A stretch of DNA of 64,000 nt. Origin: Snowella sp. Lineage in GTDB: Bacteria > Cyanobacteriota > Cyanobacteriia > Cyanobacteriales > Microcystaceae. The notes below the pieces were generated by a model. That model searched no databases, had not been told where the DNA came from, and saw only the letters and a program-made list of their open reading frames with translations. Where the stretch lies: NCBI GenBank assembly GCA_035285545.1, contig JAYKGY010000128.1, positions 41,627 to 105,626 on the forward strand, in the 5' to 3' direction. Both the position numbers and the translations under genes were made by a program. Positions 19,446-28,686 of the stretch are shown one piece after another (within the stretch, counting starts at the first letter, position 1; each line of letters opens with the position of its first letter).

Positions 19446-21926
19446 TTACTTTTTCAACAAGGGCGATAGGGTTTGCCAGGCGGAGAGGAATCTACCTTGC
19501 ATAAAGAAGGAAATTCCATAAAGGGCATTAATTTCTAAGTTATCAGGCGCAAGTTTTAATGCAGGTTCTAGGGCTAATTCTCCGGCTCGTCCTTGCCAAT
19601 CGTAGAGATAGACAAAGGCCAAATAGGCATGGGAATAGGGATTATGGGGATCGAGTTTGACTAAAGATTGTAAAGCCGCGATCGCGGATTGGGGATTTTG
19701 CTGCAACACCCTGGCTAAGACCTGAGCATAAGACCAGTTAACGGCTTCGGGGGGATTTTGGCTTAACCGATAGGATAGGGACGCATCGACTTGTTTGAGA
19801 TAATTTTGAGTGGGATCATACACATTTAGCCGATCCACTTTTTGGAAAACGGGATCAAGACCCTTAACACCTTTGGGTAAATTGAGAGCTAACTGCCGCA
19901 ATTGGGTCACAAAATCTAATTCGGGAGCCGCTACGGTTGGTGCATTCTTATTTAAAATAATTTTTGTTTCAGGAATAGCAATGCTCTGGGTTTTTCCGGT
20001 TTGATAATCTAAATATTCGGCCTTAAGTTGATATTCTCCATCGGGCAAATTATCTGTCGGTAACATCGCCGTATTTTCGATGACTTCTAATCCCTGATCA
20101 GGTTGACTCGGTTTGATTAATTTACCGAAACCAACCGCATGATCATGGATCCAATATTTTTCGGGATTACTTACCGATTGCCAAGTTAATAAAATTAAAC
20201 CAGAGGTTAAATCTTTCCCCGATCCTGACCATTGATAAGTAACCGGAACCGCCTTTCCTGGGGGAACCTGACTAGGAATTTGGACGGAATTAAGTTGGAT
20301 AGAACTAACAGAATTAGGTAACGCCTTAACCGTAACAGGTAAGATTTTTCGATGGAATAATTTCAGGGTACTTTGATCAGGTAATTGCCAACTCTTAACG
20401 GTTTGAAAATTAGGATCGGTGTCTAAGGTTTTGCCAAAATCCAGTTGAGGTTCCCTGGCGTGTAAATTATCTCCCGTTTTTGTAATAAACCAATCGAATG
20501 ACTGGCTATCTTTGGCGACTATTTCAGGCATTGTCCCTAATTCACGTCCGTAAACTTGAAAGTTTTGTAAGGCTCCAAAATAATTGAGAGTATTGGGATT
20601 AATCGAATCGGTATTAGGAATCACCCCTAAAGTTCCAATTTGATAAGGCGTGGTTTCAATAACGGTTTTGACTAATTCAGTATTAGGAACAGGTTGACCG
20701 AGATAGGGACGAAAAAGAACGCTAGGCGTTAACGTTTGGCTCAATTGATCACTTCCAGGGATGGGAAATAAATTCAAAATCATGGCAAAAACCGCGATCG
20801 CCAAGGTTCCCCAGCGTACAAATTCCCACCGCGATCGCCAAAGGGTTAAACCATAGGCTAAGAAAATCCCTAATATGGGTAAATAGGGCAAAATATAGCG
20901 GCTATCTTTGTTATATAGGGCAGAACAAATCAGATAAGTGCTAATGAAATAAACCCCTAACCAAACTAAACCCGGTAAAGCATTTTTTCCTGTAATTAAT
21001 AAGCCTTTGTTGGGGAAACGACCGAGTAAATGTAACAGTAAACCAACAATCGGAACAATTAATAAAACCCAAGAAGCTGCTAAGGGTAAATCTTTAAAAT
21101 AATACGTCCACGCCGCTAAAGTATTAACCGCCGGATCGCCTTCCATTGCCGCCGGAATCGCATTAGAATTTTGAGCCGTACTAAACAAATAAATCCAATT
21201 GGTTCGATACCAGGGAAACCAAATAATAATTGAACAAAGGAAGCCAACAAAAAGCTGTAGCAATCTTTCCCATTGACGCTTAATTAAATAGCTAATTTTT
21301 AACCAAGCAATTGGCCCAATCAAATAAAACAAAACACTTTGTTTGGTAAATAATCCTAACCCTAAACAAAGTCCAAAAATAATAGCAAAAATCCATTGAT
21401 TTCGTCGTGTCTTTGCTACTTTCCACAGAGTTAAAACAGCAAAACAAGTAATAGTAATCGCTAACAGGGGATTATCTAACAAAAATTGCAATCGAGTTTG
21501 ATAAATGCGAGGAAGTAAAACAGAAAATGCTGCCCCCCACAAGCCAATTTCTGCATTAAATAAGGTTTTACCAATTAAATAAACGAAGAAGATTAAAACC
21601 GCACTATAAACTAATCCCGTTAATAAAGCTTGATCATTTCCTGTTCCAAAAATTTGCTGAAAAGGAACACTCATTAAATAGGTCAAAGGCGGATATTTGG
21701 TCGATAACATCCAAAATTGTCGCCACCAGTCTCCATTGAAAAAATCAGGATTTTGTAACGCTCTTAGATATTCCAACGCAAACGTTAAATGATTGCTTTG
21801 ATCCCAAGCCGGAACCGATTGATCCAACGCCAACCAGACGCGATCGCAAAGATTACTGATTAACCAAATCAGCCCTAAAAATAACCCTATTTGCGGATTG
21901 GTGAGATTTTTTTGCGGTTCCTTCAT
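19446..21926 (-). CDS. GT39/PMT-like lipid-carrier-dependent glycosyltransferase with C-terminal TPR
   Basis: PAWDQSNH, KYPPL, multiple TMs, KDSRYILP, TPR-like tail. Confidence 0.8.
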   Translation of the reverse strand: MKEPQKNLTNPQIGLFLGLIWLISNLCDRVWLALDQSVPAWDQSNHLTFALEYLRALQNPDFFNGDWWRQFWMLSTKYPPLTYLMSVPFQQIFGTGNDQALLTGLVYSAVLIFFVYLIGKTLFNAEIGLWGAAFSVLLPRIYQTRLQFLLDNPLLAITITCFAVLTLWKVAKTRRNQWIFAIIFGLCLGLGLFTKQSVLFYLIGPIAWLKISYLIKRQWERLLQLFVGFLCSIIIWFPWYRTNWIYLFSTAQNSNAIPAAMEGDPAVNTLAAWTYYFKDLPLAASWVLLIVPIVGLLLHLLGRFPNKGLLITGKNALPGLVWLGVYFISTYLICSALYNKDSRYILPYLPILGIFLAYGLTLWRSRWEFVRWGTLAIAVFAMILNLFPIPGSDQLSQTLTPSVLFRPYLGQPVPNTELVKTVIETTPYQIGTLGVIPNTDSINPNTLNYFGALQNFQVYGRELGTMPEIVAKDSQSFDWFITKTGDNLHAREPQLDFGKTLDTDPNFQTVKSWQLPDQSTLKLFHRKILPVTVKALPNSVSSIQLNSVQIPSQVPPGKAVPVTYQWSGSGKDLTSGLILLTWQSVSNPEKYWIHDHAVGFGKLIKPSQPDQGLEVIENTAMLPTDNLPDGEYQLKAEYLDYQTGKTQSIAIPETKIILNKNAPTVAAPELDFVTQLRQLALNLPKGVKGLDPVFQKVDRLNVYDPTQNYLKQVDASLSYRLSQNPPEAVNWSYAQVLARVLQQNPQSAIAALQSLVKLDPHNPYSHAYLAFVYLYDWQGRAGELALEPALKLAPDNLEINALYGISFFMQGRFLSAWQTLSPLLKK

Positions 21927-21984
21927 AGCTATGCTTTAATTAAAAATCGTAATGTCCAAATGCTAGGCAAAATAGGGAAAATTA

Positions 21985-22596
21985 ATGTTAGGACAACGTA
22001 ATCCTGTACTTTTAGTGCATGGAATTTATGACACCGTTTCTAAGTTTAATGCACTAACCGCCTACCTCCATCAATTCGGGTGGTCAGTTCATCGTCTAAA
22101 TCTTACGCCCAATGACGGCTCTGCCCCATTAAATGAGTTAGCAAAACAAGTAGCCGAGTATATTGAAACGCATTTTTCCCCTGAGCAAGCGATCGATCTC
22201 TTGGGCTTTAGCATGGGCGGCTTAGTCACCCGCTACTATCTACAACGTCTTGGGGGAGTGAAACGGGTTCAACGCTACATAACGATTTCTGCACCGAATT
22301 ACGGAACCTTAATGGCTTATCCCTTACCTTTGCCTGGAATTCGACAAATGCGGATGAATAGTCTTTTTTTGCAAGACTTAAATCAAGATTGTCTTGAATG
22401 TTTAAGCCCATTAAAAGTAATCAATCTCTGGACTCCCTACGATTTAATGATTATTCCTGCAACCAGTTCAAAAATGGGAATTGGTCAGGAAATTTCTATC
22501 CCTGTTCCTATCCATGCCTGGATGGTTTCCGATCCCCGTGTTATGAAACTGGTTATGGAAGCGTTATCCGACACGTTAAATCCAAATTTACAATAA
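21985..22596 (+). CDS. Lipase / alpha-beta hydrolase
   Basis: PVLLVHG, GFSMGG nucleophile elbow. Confidence 0.88.
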   Translation: MLGQRNPVLLVHGIYDTVSKFNALTAYLHQFGWSVHRLNLTPNDGSAPLNELAKQVAEYIETHFSPEQAIDLLGFSMGGLVTRYYLQRLGGVKRVQRYITISAPNYGTLMAYPLPLPGIRQMRMNSLFLQDLNQDCLECLSPLKVINLWTPYDLMIIPATSSKMGIGQEISIPVPIHAWMVSDPRVMKLVMEALSDTLNPNLQ

Positions 22597-22613
22597 AACA
22601 GCTTTTTTCCTTA

Positions 22614-22648
22614 ATTAACTATTAACTATTAACTATTAACTATTAACT
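22614..22648. repeat. Heptamer tandem repeat (ATTAACT)x5, STRR-type
   Basis: Five perfect copies between convergent genes. Confidence 0.9.
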
Positions 22649-23585
22649 AATTCAAGTTTAACATTGGCCCTTTTGGGATAATTCCTGAAGGATTTAACCA
22701 CGGATGACTGCGATAATAGTGGTGTTTAATATGCTCAATGTTGCAAGTTTCTTTTACGCCATGATAATGATATATACTCCGTAGATATCTCCACAGATTG
22801 GGATATTCATAAATATGGCGTAGATTGCATTTGAAATGAACGTAATAAACGGGATCAAATCGCAATAACGTTGTAAACATACATATATCCGCTTCTGTGA
22901 TTTGCTCGCCACAAAGATAGGGTTGTTGCCCTAAGATTTCATTCCAATGATCAAGATGGTGAAATAGTTCGGTAACGGCTTCTTCATAAGCTAATTGAGA
23001 AGTAGCAAAACCTGCTCGATAAACGCCATTATTAATCGGTTGATAAATGGCATCAATGGTTTGCTCAATTTGTTCCTGTAATTCGGGCGGACAATAATCG
23101 GTCGGATTAGACGCGATCGCCTGAAACTCATGATCCAACATCCGAATAATTTCGCGGGATTCATTGTTAACAATGGTGTGGGTTTGTTTATCCCAGAGAA
23201 TGGGAACTGTTACCCGTCCTGTGTATTGAGGATCAGCCAGAACATAAATTTCCCGTAAATACTGTTTATGGTTGACGTAATCGGGGATAGAGCTAGAAAA
23301 ATCGCTAAACCACCAACCGTCATCGCCCATATAGGGATCAACCACAGAAACGGAAATGGCATCTTCTAAGCCCTTAATTTTCCGCATAATCAGGGTACGG
23401 TGGGCCCAAGGACAGGCCAAAGAAACGTAAAGATGATAGCGTCCGGCTTCGGGTTGAAAGGGATTGTCGCGATCGCTGCTGATTTTGGAACGAAAAGTCG
23501 TCGGTTGACGTTGAAAACGCCCTTGATTATCCTGCACATATTCTTTGTTGTACCATTGCCCCTCGATCAGCATTCCCGTTGCCAT
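22647..23585 (-). CDS. Glutathionyl-hydroquinone reductase (omega/Xi-class GST, YqjG-like)
   Basis: LYVSLACPWAHR, TVPILWD, NNES, NNGVYRAGFA. Confidence 0.92.
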   Translation of the reverse strand: MATGMLIEGQWYNKEYVQDNQGRFQRQPTTFRSKISSDRDNPFQPEAGRYHLYVSLACPWAHRTLIMRKIKGLEDAISVSVVDPYMGDDGWWFSDFSSSIPDYVNHKQYLREIYVLADPQYTGRVTVPILWDKQTHTIVNNESREIIRMLDHEFQAIASNPTDYCPPELQEQIEQTIDAIYQPINNGVYRAGFATSQLAYEEAVTELFHHLDHWNEILGQQPYLCGEQITEADICMFTTLLRFDPVYYVHFKCNLRHIYEYPNLWRYLRSIYHYHGVKETCNIEHIKHHYYRSHPWLNPSGIIPKGPMLNLN

Positions 23586-23701
23586 AGCTTAATTCTCCCC
23601 CTGACAGGACTTAAGATTTATCCAAAGGTAATCCATTTGCAGTTTGGATTGTAACTTTCTAAATGTAGAAAGTTAATCCGCTTCAATTTTGGCATAGATA
23701 G

Positions 23702-24325
23702 TTAACCATTAACTTGCTTTACAAAGTTTGAAAGCATTTTGAGTCCTAAATCGGCGGATTTTTCAGGGTGAAATTGGACGGCCATGATATTCTCTTTCGC
23801 GATCGCGGCTGTTACCGTCTGTTGTCCGTGCGTTATCGTTGCAGCCGTTACTTGGGGATCAACCGGATCGACATAGTAAGTATGCACAAAATACACATGA
23901 GGATCGGTCGGTAAATCCTGCCAAAGTGCATTATCCGTTTGCGTCAAATTCAACGCATTCCAGCCCATGTGGGGAATGGTTAAGCCTGGCTCTGATTGAA
24001 AACGCCGCACTTTCCCTGGAATAATCCCTAAACCCGATTCAATGCCCTCTTCCGAATGCTCAAACAAAAGTTGCAGTCCTAGACAAATTCCTAAAAACGG
24101 CTTTCCCGACGCGATCGCGGCTTTGATGGGTTCTACTAAATGGCGATCGCGCAACTGTTTCATTGCAGGATCAAACGAGCCAACTCCGGGTAAAACAATT
24201 CCATCCGCCGCTTCTAAATCCGCAGTAGAATCCGTAACCTTTGGGTTCGCCCCCACTTTTTCCAACCCTTTACAGGCAGAATGGAGATTTCCCATATCGT
24301 AATCAATAACCGCAATAAATCCCAT
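23702..24325 (-). CDS. hisH: Imidazole glycerol phosphate synthase, glutaminase subunit
   Basis: DYDMGNL, PGVG, GICLG, PHMGWN, QFHPEKS. Confidence 0.97.
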   Translation of the reverse strand: MGFIAVIDYDMGNLHSACKGLEKVGANPKVTDSTADLEAADGIVLPGVGSFDPAMKQLRDRHLVEPIKAAIASGKPFLGICLGLQLLFEHSEEGIESGLGIIPGKVRRFQSEPGLTIPHMGWNALNLTQTDNALWQDLPTDPHVYFVHTYYVDPVDPQVTAATITHGQQTVTAAIAKENIMAVQFHPEKSADLGLKMLSNFVKQVNG

Positions 24326-24595
24326 AATTCAACATTAAACTTACGTCTTTATTTTATAGCATTCGCGATTGAGGATTTTTTTAAAAGACACAACAGATAT
24401 TTTAAAACTTTTAAATTTAATCAGCTTGAGAGCTTCTAGAACCATATTTTTCAATCCTAAAATTTCATAAATCTTATAACTTGAGATTATTCCAGATTGG
24501 CGCATTCAAGATACTTATTCTACTCAATTATTTTATAAAATGAGCTTTTGTCTGTCTTAAATTAACTATTTAACCATAGACTAAATCTCCTTGCT

Positions 24596-24656
24596 AAAAA
24601 ACAGACTTTTTCCGATATCTTAATCTTTCTTAATGTAAAAACAGACTTTTTTCCGA
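24596..24656. repeat. Direct repeat pair AAAAACAGACTTTT(T)TCCGA, 40-bp period
   Basis: Copies at about 24596-24615 and 24637-24656, differing by one T. Confidence 0.8.
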
Positions 24657-24882
24657 CTTTTCCCTATTTACATTAAAAAAAAAGCTTGATATTCTTCTTT
24701 AGTGAAGATCAAAAGAGTTAATAAGTTAAGGATTTAACCAATATTAATCCTATATATTTTTGGCAGTAAATCAAGCAAGACTTATCACATGTCAATATAT
24801 TGCACGGAATAGTAGTGTTTAATACTTAATTTAATTGCTCATTAAAACTTAATTGTTTTTTATTTTGCCGAGAGGACTTGAT

Positions 24883-25638
24883 ATGAAATTTGGTATTGAC
24901 ATGGGACATAATTGCCCTCCCCATGATACTGGTGCATCAGGTATTAAAAAAGAAGATGTTTTAACGAAAGATGTTGGAACTCGACTGATAGCTAAGTTGG
25001 TTGCCGCAGGTCATAGTGCCATCAACTGCACACCATCTTCAGCTACTTCTGTGAATGATTCATTGCGACAAAGAGTTAACAAAGCTAATTCTAATAATGT
25101 TGACGTTTTTGTTTCCATTCATTTCAATGCTTTTAGACCAACAGATAAAGTAATGGGGTCAGAAGTATTTGCGATTAGTAATACATCGAAAGCGATCGCA
25201 AAGTCAGTATTAGCTGAAATTATTAAGTTAGGTTTCAGAGACAGAGGGGTTAAAAGTACGGCTTTTTTTGTCATTAAAAATACTTCAATGCCAGCCATTC
25301 TGATTGAGTGTTGTTTTATTGATTCTCAGGCAGATATGGCCTTATTTGATGCTGAACAAATGGCTGAAGCGATTAAAGTTGGATTAATTGGAGATACTGA
25401 TGATGATTCAACATCTGAACCTGCCACTTTAAAAATTAAAGTTCCTACTATTTTAAAACCGTCTACCCAACAATCAACGGATATACCCAAAGCCGAATTA
25501 GTCGATATTGCTCCTGGTAGTTATTCTGTTAATGATATTCGTCGTGAAGAAAGACATTATTGGGTGAAGTGGCCCAATAAAAGTAAAGCAAATCGAGATG
25601 AACATTTTATTTTTGAAGAGCACGCAGAAATTGAATAA
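24883..25638 (+). CDS. N-acetylmuramoyl-L-alanine amidase (Amidase_3) with C-terminal cyanobacterial SH3-like domain
   Basis: IDMGH, FVSIHFNA, ILIECCFID Zn motifs; AGAGGA RBS before ATG 24883; no signal peptide. Confidence 0.9.
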   Translation: MKFGIDMGHNCPPHDTGASGIKKEDVLTKDVGTRLIAKLVAAGHSAINCTPSSATSVNDSLRQRVNKANSNNVDVFVSIHFNAFRPTDKVMGSEVFAISNTSKAIAKSVLAEIIKLGFRDRGVKSTAFFVIKNTSMPAILIECCFIDSQADMALFDAEQMAEAIKVGLIGDTDDDSTSEPATLKIKVPTILKPSTQQSTDIPKAELVDIAPGSYSVNDIRREERHYWVKWPNKSKANRDEHFIFEEHAEIE

Positions 25639-25709
25639 TTTCTATTTATAACAGTTTATTAGGGGGAGCAAATTCCCCTGCTCTAATTGAGTTATGAGGA
25701 AGGTCTAAA

Positions 25710-27260
25710 ATGGCATTACTAGATGATTTAATCACACGTTATGCAGCTACTGATTTAGGGAATATTTTTAGAGAGGTTGATACAACAGATAAAAGAGCTG
25801 TTGACTTGACCAAAATTAATTCTGAGCATTACCTTCATCTAAAAGAAATTACACTTGCTCAGTGGTTACTAGAGTCAGGAAGAGCAACCAGCAAACTTGC
25901 TAATGAACATAAAAATTTTGCAGGATTAAAATGGCGTACTGAAATGACTCCTTTTGCGTCTGCTAAACTCATTAAGGTTCCTTCAGAAACCACGAAAGTA
26001 GAATTTTGTTTTTTTGATAATATCGATAAATTTTTACGAGGTTATTGGAAATTTTTAACTCGTTCTCCTTATGCAGGTTTAGAAGACAACACCAAAACGC
26101 CAGAGAGTTTCATTGGATTTATTCAAAGCAAGGGATTTGCTGCCGATATGAGCTACATTTCTAAGGTGCTTAGCCTGTTACCAGAAGCTCATAATTTACT
26201 CTCACAAGCAAGTGGTTTTACCCTTCCTTCCCAACCTGACACTCTAGAAGTTATAGGCTTCCCTAAAGCGGTAGAAGTTGGACAAGGATTTAAAGTAGAA
26301 GGAACTGCTTCTGCTTCGGATGCAGGAAAAAAATTGTCAGTTTTAATTGATGATCAATTTAAAGGAAACGATGTTTTAATTGGTGCAGATAGTAAATGGC
26401 AATTTAATTTTGTCTTTACTCAGGCAGGCGATCGCAAGATCAAGATTTCCTTAGGCCCTCAAAATGAAGAAATTACCATTAAAGCATCTGTGGCATCGAC
26501 AATAGGTGCAGTCACTATTCCACTCAGCGGTAGTGTCGGTCAAGGTGGAGTGAACCGTCCCGCCGATAAATTAGCGATTAAAAAGCGACTACACGAATTA
26601 GGGTTTACTTTCGTCGGAAATCCAACCGATCCGAGCTTAAATACTGGATTTATTCAAGCAATTAAACTATTTCAATCTATTATTGCTGGACGTAGTACTT
26701 TAGCAGGGGATGGTCGTGTGGATGTTAATGGAACGACTCATCTTTGGCTTCAAGCTGCTAATGCCCCTCGTTGGCAAACTATGCCTGATACCAATCTCAG
26801 TATTAGTTTACGGAATCGTGAAAAAGAAGAGACAGCTGACGACCATGACTTTGGTACAAGTTGGTTAGCGGATGCGATTTTGGAAATTGCCACAGATTAC
26901 CATAACAATTTTCGCAGCAGCAATCCCACAGCAGCACCTTTTACTCTTAATGATGTGAGTCGTCCTCACGGCGGAGATACTCCTGATCATTCAGGGCATG
27001 AAACAGGTTTGATGTGTGACGTTTATTTGCCGCGCAAAGATGGCCAAGCTGGAGGAATTGACATGAATAGCTCCAGTTATGATCGTGATGCAACTCGCGA
27101 ATTACTCAAGGCTATGCGTCGGCATAAATTAGTCCGCGAAATTTTCTTTAATGATCCACTTTTGAGGAATGAAAAGTTTAACGGTAAAAATTTATGTAAC
27201 TTTGCTTCGGGACATCATCATCATATTCATTTTGAAATTAATCCACCAGTTAGAGCTTAA
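25710..27260 (+). CDS. Multidomain peptidoglycan hydrolase: GH73 glucosaminidase + Ig-like + PG-binding-like + MepA (M74)-like endopeptidase
   Basis: LAQWLLESG...NFAGLK...FAADMSY (GH73); GSVGQGGVN...DGRVDVNG; NDVSRPHGG...HSGHETGLMCD...HHHHIHF (MepA-like). Confidence 0.78.
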   Translation: MALLDDLITRYAATDLGNIFREVDTTDKRAVDLTKINSEHYLHLKEITLAQWLLESGRATSKLANEHKNFAGLKWRTEMTPFASAKLIKVPSETTKVEFCFFDNIDKFLRGYWKFLTRSPYAGLEDNTKTPESFIGFIQSKGFAADMSYISKVLSLLPEAHNLLSQASGFTLPSQPDTLEVIGFPKAVEVGQGFKVEGTASASDAGKKLSVLIDDQFKGNDVLIGADSKWQFNFVFTQAGDRKIKISLGPQNEEITIKASVASTIGAVTIPLSGSVGQGGVNRPADKLAIKKRLHELGFTFVGNPTDPSLNTGFIQAIKLFQSIIAGRSTLAGDGRVDVNGTTHLWLQAANAPRWQTMPDTNLSISLRNREKEETADDHDFGTSWLADAILEIATDYHNNFRSSNPTAAPFTLNDVSRPHGGDTPDHSGHETGLMCDVYLPRKDGQAGGIDMNSSSYDRDATRELLKAMRRHKLVREIFFNDPLLRNEKFNGKNLCNFASGHHHHIHFEINPPVRA

Positions 27261-27338
27261 CAAAAAAGCACTTACTACTCTCTAAAAACTCAAATTTTTA
27301 GCGAAAAAAAGACACTTATTTTAGCTTTATTAAGCCTA

Positions 27339-27425
27339 TAGCAGTCCTAAGCCGTTTGTAAATATCCATCTACTCTGGGGAAGGGTTTCGAGCTTCTCAA
27401 CAACACGAATTATTTAGGATTGCTA
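27339..27425. mobile_element. 87-bp IS630-type MITE
   Basis: Terminal inverted repeats TAGCAGTCCTAA / TTAGGATTGCTA (11/12), left-flanked by TA, no coding capacity. Confidence 0.65.
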
Positions 27426-27642
27426 CATCCTCATAATTATTGAGAATACTGTTTTTTGAGTTAGTGTCTTTATTTATTCGCGCGACCGATTTAGGCTTTC
27501 TGAAACCCTTATACAATAAGGCTCGATTTTTTATCTTTGACCTAGCGCGAAAGACTTTTGACGCTAATGTTTTTGATGGTTTTTGACTTAACTTTCAACG
27601 CCAATTTTTTTTACACTTTCATCATCATAGGAGATAAACCTC

Positions 27643-28650
27643 ATGACACTTGAACTCGGAAAAGAATATCCCCCAGAGGGAGAAGATCAACTCATTGATA
27701 TTTTACTGGCTAGTCTTTCTCAAGATTTAGATGACAAGGGGCAACCAATACTTCGTCAGCAACACCCTAAAAGTCATGGATTAGTGAGGGGAGAATTTAT
27801 TGTTGACAGTAATCTTCCTGAAGATCTCAAAATAGGTGTTTTTCAGCGTGAAAAATATGATGTTTTGATTCGTTTTTCCAATGCCAGTAATAAACGCAAG
27901 GATGGAAATTTGCAATCTGATATAATTGGGGATGCAAGAGGAATTGCTATTAAACTCCTTAATGTCGGTCAAAATAATAGTGAACAAGATTTTGTGGGTA
28001 TTAATCACCCCGTTGTGTTTGTTAAAGATGTCAAAGGTTATCTTGATTTTGGTTTAGTTCAAAAAGGAATGGCAGAAGGAAAGGTCATTTTAAAACCTGG
28101 AGAACCACCGCAAGTGGATGAAGCATTTCGTGACGCTTTTCAAGCCTCTGCCTATGCCTTTGGGATTCTCAGAGAAATTGCAAGTAAAGCAACAACTAGC
28201 CCCCTTGATATTATCTATTGGAGTACAACACCTTATAAACTAGGGGAAAAAGCGATTAAATATCAAATGGTTCCCCACCAAACTCAGACGTTTAATCCTC
28301 AAAATGCTCAAGACAAAGATAACTATCTTCGGGAGGGAATTAAACAATATTTACAGAAACGGGAAGCCTACTTTGATTTCAATATTCAATTTCAAATGGA
28401 TGCTGATAAAATGCTCATTGAAGACCCGACAATTGAATGGAAAGAATCAGATTCGCCCTTTATTAAAGTGGCAACCATCAGAATTTTTCAGCAAGAGTTT
28501 GATACGGAAGAAGTTAAACAGCAAGATGAAAGTTTATCGTTTTCGCCTTGGCATTGTCTACCAGAACATCGACCGCTAGGTGGCGTAAATCGTGCTCGAA
28601 ATAAAATTTATAATCAATTAGCAGAAAAAAGAAGACTTAGCCCACAGTAG
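27643..28650 (+). CDS. Short catalase-like heme protein
   Basis: RQQHPKSHG (distal His), RFSN, DARG, IEDPTIEW, FSPWH, RPLGGVNRARNKIY (proximal Tyr). Confidence 0.85.
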   Translation: MTLELGKEYPPEGEDQLIDILLASLSQDLDDKGQPILRQQHPKSHGLVRGEFIVDSNLPEDLKIGVFQREKYDVLIRFSNASNKRKDGNLQSDIIGDARGIAIKLLNVGQNNSEQDFVGINHPVVFVKDVKGYLDFGLVQKGMAEGKVILKPGEPPQVDEAFRDAFQASAYAFGILREIASKATTSPLDIIYWSTTPYKLGEKAIKYQMVPHQTQTFNPQNAQDKDNYLREGIKQYLQKREAYFDFNIQFQMDADKMLIEDPTIEWKESDSPFIKVATIRIFQQEFDTEEVKQQDESLSFSPWHCLPEHRPLGGVNRARNKIYNQLAEKRRLSPQ

Positions 28651-28686
28651 GGTTGTATTGAATAAATTTTCAATTTCTTAATTAAT

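Noticed and set aside
24326..28686. Prophage interpretation of the hydrolase islet
   Set aside because: No integrase, structural, terminase or holin genes and no flanking att-like repeats seen.
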